Positions 60,119 through 64,000 of a stretch of DNA of 64,000 nt are shown piece after piece. The notes under the pieces are model-generated. The model saw nothing but the letters and a program-made list of their open reading frames with translations, made no database searches and was not told where the DNA came from. The position numbers and the translations under genes were made by a program. Numbering within the stretch: the first letter of the stretch is position 1; each line of letters starts with the position of its first letter. Source of the DNA: Bispira polyomma (lineage: Eukaryota); the NCBI GenBank assembly GCA_965649765.1, contig OZ287749.1, forward strand, positions 3,658,001 to 3,722,000. The letters are read 5' to 3'.

Positions 60119-61221
60119 GACCTAAACTGTTGTAAGTGACGTAAAAACCCAACTAAATCAAATTCATTGCAGGATAAAACAGGATAGTTCCGTTGTATAT
60201 TGATGGTGTATCATTATATTGATGACCTATTTTAGTTTTCAGTCATTGTGATTGTTTACCTCTCCCTACAATCTTTCCCAGACCCTGACATCAAATAATG
60301 CATTACCTAAGGCATTTGATAGTTAATATACCCGGTTTTTGCTTACTTGAGTTGGTTAGTTGGCCCTAGGATTACATAACAACTTACCTGATTTACATAA
60401 AATTTAGCAGAGGGATATTTTTGGTGAAGCAAATCTAGGTGTCATGGCGGATCAAGGAATTTAGTTCACTTTTGTGGGACTGCACTTGTAGTGCCCATGT
60501 TTTATGCTCTAGTGAGTTATATTCTGATTAGGTGTCTCCCGAACTTCTATTATCCGAAAATTTTATTTTATTGATTGATTTTCACTCTTGGTTCATTGTT
60601 TCATACAGAAAATGTCTCTTCTTTTGTGTTAACCTTCTATTATCCGAACAAAATGTTGATATATTTCCCCCCAACGTGTTCAGATAATAGGGCTGCTACT
60701 ATATCACTATTATATTTGGTTGTCACTATACCTCGGTAGGGTGGTACTTTGATGTTTGAGAATTTTGTAGAAATGTAAATTGATCAAATGGCTGTATCTA
60801 TACTTCACCTGAAATGGTATCACCAGAAGGCTCTTATTATCTACCTTGTGGTAGCTTTCACCAAGGAAATTGCAAATAAAATAAAATGGTTATGAAGATA
60901 ATGTTACTTAAAGTTGCACTGTATATCCAATATCCTGTTTTCAGAGTGAGGGTTATTGATTAAATGCTCATATCACAGTAAATATAGGGGATACAGCCAG
61001 ATGTGTAGGCCATTATTTGAAGTACTTATATGCAAACTTAATCAATATTCATCCTCCTGTAAGACTTGGTGTTCTCCATGAACGGTTATATTATCCGTAC
61101 ATCATTAACATTGGTCGCCATATAAATGGTGTGGTGTACAAATCTTGGCACAGGAAGTTATCTACCAAGTATGCCACTGTGGCAGTAAACTAGAGTTGAA
61201 CCCAGGGGACTCTGGCATCGC

Positions 61222-61330
61222 CAGACTTCCCTAACCACCAGACTTCCCTAACCACCAGCCGTACCTAACCACCAGACGTACCTAACCACCAGACATACCT
61301 AACCACCAGCCGTTACCTAACCACCAGACT
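61222..61330. repeat. 17-bp tandem repeat x6
   Basis: Unit cctaaccaccagacgta. Confidence 0.9.
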
Positions 61331-61866
61331 AACAAGACCATTACATAGTTTGACTCGTTCGGTATAAACAAGATGGCTGTCAACGTGAAAATGGTTTCCG
61401 CTCATTTAAAGGAAAAAGTATTGCAGATGTTTTCACCAAATTTAATACATTGAGTTTATCGTGGGTGATTGATTTAGGGCCTGTTTCTAAAAAAAATGGT
61501 AACTACATCTCTGCAGTGAAAACAGTTTCTGCTCATTTAAAGAAAAATTATTGCAGATATCTCTACACCAAATTTCATACATAGGGCTAATCATAGATGT
61601 AGCTTGTTTTGGGAAAAATTTAGGGCCCGTTCCCAAAAACAAAATGATTACTTTCTGCTCATTTTAAGGGAAAATATTGCAGATAGTTTCCCCAGATTAA
61701 AGGGGGTGGATATTCACACATGACACTATGTTGTATCGTAGAAACAAATGTTGCCTTTTCTGACATCTATTTAGAAATATGTCCCGATTCCGATGGTCTG
61801 CACCAAGTTGGTGCAATTTCTAGTATTATTTCATACCAATGTTGTTGTTCAACACTTTTTAGCTTA

Positions 61867-62309
61867 AGTGAGCGTTTCCATACAGGCAACTTTCTTATGT
61901 GACCAGCCGATGGCGATTCTATCAGTTATTTTATTTATTACCAAGTGTTTCGATATGATCAATGCTGATAGGCGACGGGCAATGTTTACAAGGCAACGGG
62001 CAATGCCAGGCGATTTTTTTCGCGCCTAGTACCGAAAAAATCGCCTGGCATTGCTCGTTGCCTTGTAAACATTGCCCATTTTTTAAAAATAACTTAGAAA
62101 CTACTGAAGCTATAAATTTTATAAATATTTTATCGGGTATATTGCGCTTTTTGTTGCATCAAAATCGGTTGAGACATGGTTAAACTATTCAAGTTTAAAT
62201 AGAGGTATCTATTTTTCTCAAATAATTGTATGGAAACATAAAAATTTTAAATTACCCGTTGGACGTCGGCTGGTCGCCCCAGAAAGTTGCCTGCATGGAA
62301 AGGCTCACT
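61867..62309. mobile_element. MITE with ~30-bp TIRs, TA flanks and a long internal hairpin
   Basis: agtgagcgtttccatacaggcaactttct / agaaagttgcctgcatggaaaggctcact, TA on both sides, and a ~43-bp-arm inverted repeat at 61977-62077. Confidence 0.8.
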
Positions 62310-64000
62310 TAGTAGATATAGAATGTAACACGACAAAATGAGAAATCCTTTTAGGTGGCAGACTGAAAAATCTTAGACAGGTTGATAAATATTATCATCC
62401 TCAGGCCTCTACACTCAGCTAAAGGGAATGTCATTTACTTGTGCTGATTAACTTGTCATCCCGGACTAATGTGGTGTTCAAACTATGATGGTATAGAGAG
62501 TTATGAAAATCGCCTTGCAACACGAGGAACCCCATCTCTAAGTTCCCTTGTTGGCAGTGCAAGGTGAAAGTTTTGGGCAAAGTGGAAAAATGCATTTGCC
62601 TGTTTCCGAGTATTCCCGTATCATTACTGTAAGTATTCCATTCCAGTAATCGTGAATTTTCCACCCGTTTCCATCTATTTTGAAGTAATTTTATATCACT
62701 ACTCTCTGAGTCTTCTGTGCCAGTAAACTTATCTGGACAAATTTCAAGGTGTATATTTCGCCTAGATGGAACAGCCGATATACCATGTAGAAATACACAA
62801 GTTATAAGACCTTTTGATATCACCTACCAATACAGTTAGTGTGAACATGGGCATAAAAATACTCGCTGCACTAATTGTAAATTTGAAACTAGATTTTGCT
62901 AATTTGTACCTAGTGTGTGGCCTGTCTTAGTCATACAGTTTAGTATTAGGTGTTGTAGTGGTACGACAGTTTTGTATTTTACTAAAATGTCATCTAACAT
63001 CCAAGAAGCTTTTCTCTATTGATCAATGGGGGCAATTGAAGTCATTGTTTGACTTGTTTATAGATCAAGGAGCAAGGTTAGGTTAGCCTGGCTAAGGCTA
63101 ACAAATTGTAGGCTTTAAAAACTTCTAGCTGATGGAATATTAATCTTGCTGTAAGGCTCAGGTATGCAGAGATGATTAAAAGAATTTCAAATATGTGAAA
63201 CATTCAATTTAGGACCATGTATTTTCATACAAGCAACTTGATAATTTGCAAATTGGTCACAGCCACTAAGATTATTTGAAACAAGATTTTCAGCAATCTA
63301 ATTAGCAAAGACATAATTTAAGAATAATAATCTATTCGCAGACCAACCGATAGCCTGTATTCTCCAAAGACACTCACACTCAACCTAAAATTCGGGCTAT
63401 TTATAGTGTACATTTAATAAACCTATACTTATGATCGTTCATTTTGATAGAGCTTTCAGTGCTGAATATAAATAATAGTTAATAAATAAGGCCACATAAA
63501 GGCTAAACACTGCGCCAATGACGTGATTGGCCATGAATCAGGGGGTCATCTATCGCCCCCTGTCACGTGACTATACCACACCATTTGCTCACCCCCCCCC
63601 TCCCCTCCCCCCCCCCCCCCCCCCCGCCCGAATTTTTTTTGCCAGATAATTGGCCTCACTCATATTCCCCTGACGCACGCCCCCCTCCTCCCCTCCCTTC
63701 CGCACACACACACACCCATTCTGTCTGTTTTCTCGGGACCTGATCTGCTTCTCCAGACTGGATATTAAGCCCCTGTCTCACTATGGCTGTATGGATAGAC
63801 AATTTGAGATGTTTCTTCTAAGTTTACCTTTCTTTCCTTGCCATCTGTAACTGGCCATAGGTGATGGTTTTAAACATGTTTAAAATTTCGGCCTTGCCAA
63901 AGCGGTAAAGGGTGATAAACTGCCTTCGACCATTTCTGGGTAGTACCGAATTCTATTTTAGGTCTCCCGTCCCCGTAATCGTGTGTTTCTGACTATTTCC

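Noticed and set aside
61222-61330. Interstitial telomeric repeat (CCTAA)
   Set aside because: CCTAA is only part of a 17-bp unit; there is no tandem TTAGGG or TTAGG array.
62431-62823. 130-aa minus-strand ORF as a host gene
   Set aside because: No ATG start or splice support. It looks like a degraded LINE C-terminus but is too decayed to call.
55660-64000. USP-B exons 3 and 4 (acceptors tried near 58028, 58038, 58204, 60944 and 63756)
   Set aside because: All hit in-frame stops or lack USP similarity. No GxRG...GSVS motif was seen, so these exons probably lie beyond the window.

Overview
AT-rich, repeat-dense animal genomic DNA, most like a lophotrochozoan such as a mollusc (inferred from spliced universal stress protein genes and the tRNA-SINE/L2/DIRS repeat content). 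There are three host stress genes. (1) A small heat-shock protein with an uninterrupted CDS (13820-14467 +). (2) A complete 4-exon universal stress protein gene, USP-A (21938-14964 -, 163 aa), converging on the sHSP. (3) A divergent paralogue, USP-B (exon 1 30072-30147, exon 2 48982-49062; later exons not found). The ORF track shows only fragments of the USP genes. USP-B intron 1 (18.8 kb) holds a decayed Gmr1-like Gypsy element (integrase before RT, tRNA-Pro PBS) whose LTR has AP-1 and heat-shock-element motifs just upstream of the TATA box, plus a second Gypsy remnant. USP-B intron 2 holds a near-intact 6157-bp DIRS tyrosine-recombinase retrotransposon (49501-55657). It has ITRs, an ICR, gag and YR in one frame separated by a single TGA-C, and an RT-RNaseH-methyltransferase frame that overlaps YR for about 2 kb and is broken by one stop. 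The rest is SINEs, L2/CR1 remnants, MITEs, a candidate tRNA-LTR TRIM and minisatellites. Coordinates were counted by eye, and the edges of degraded repeats are approximate.
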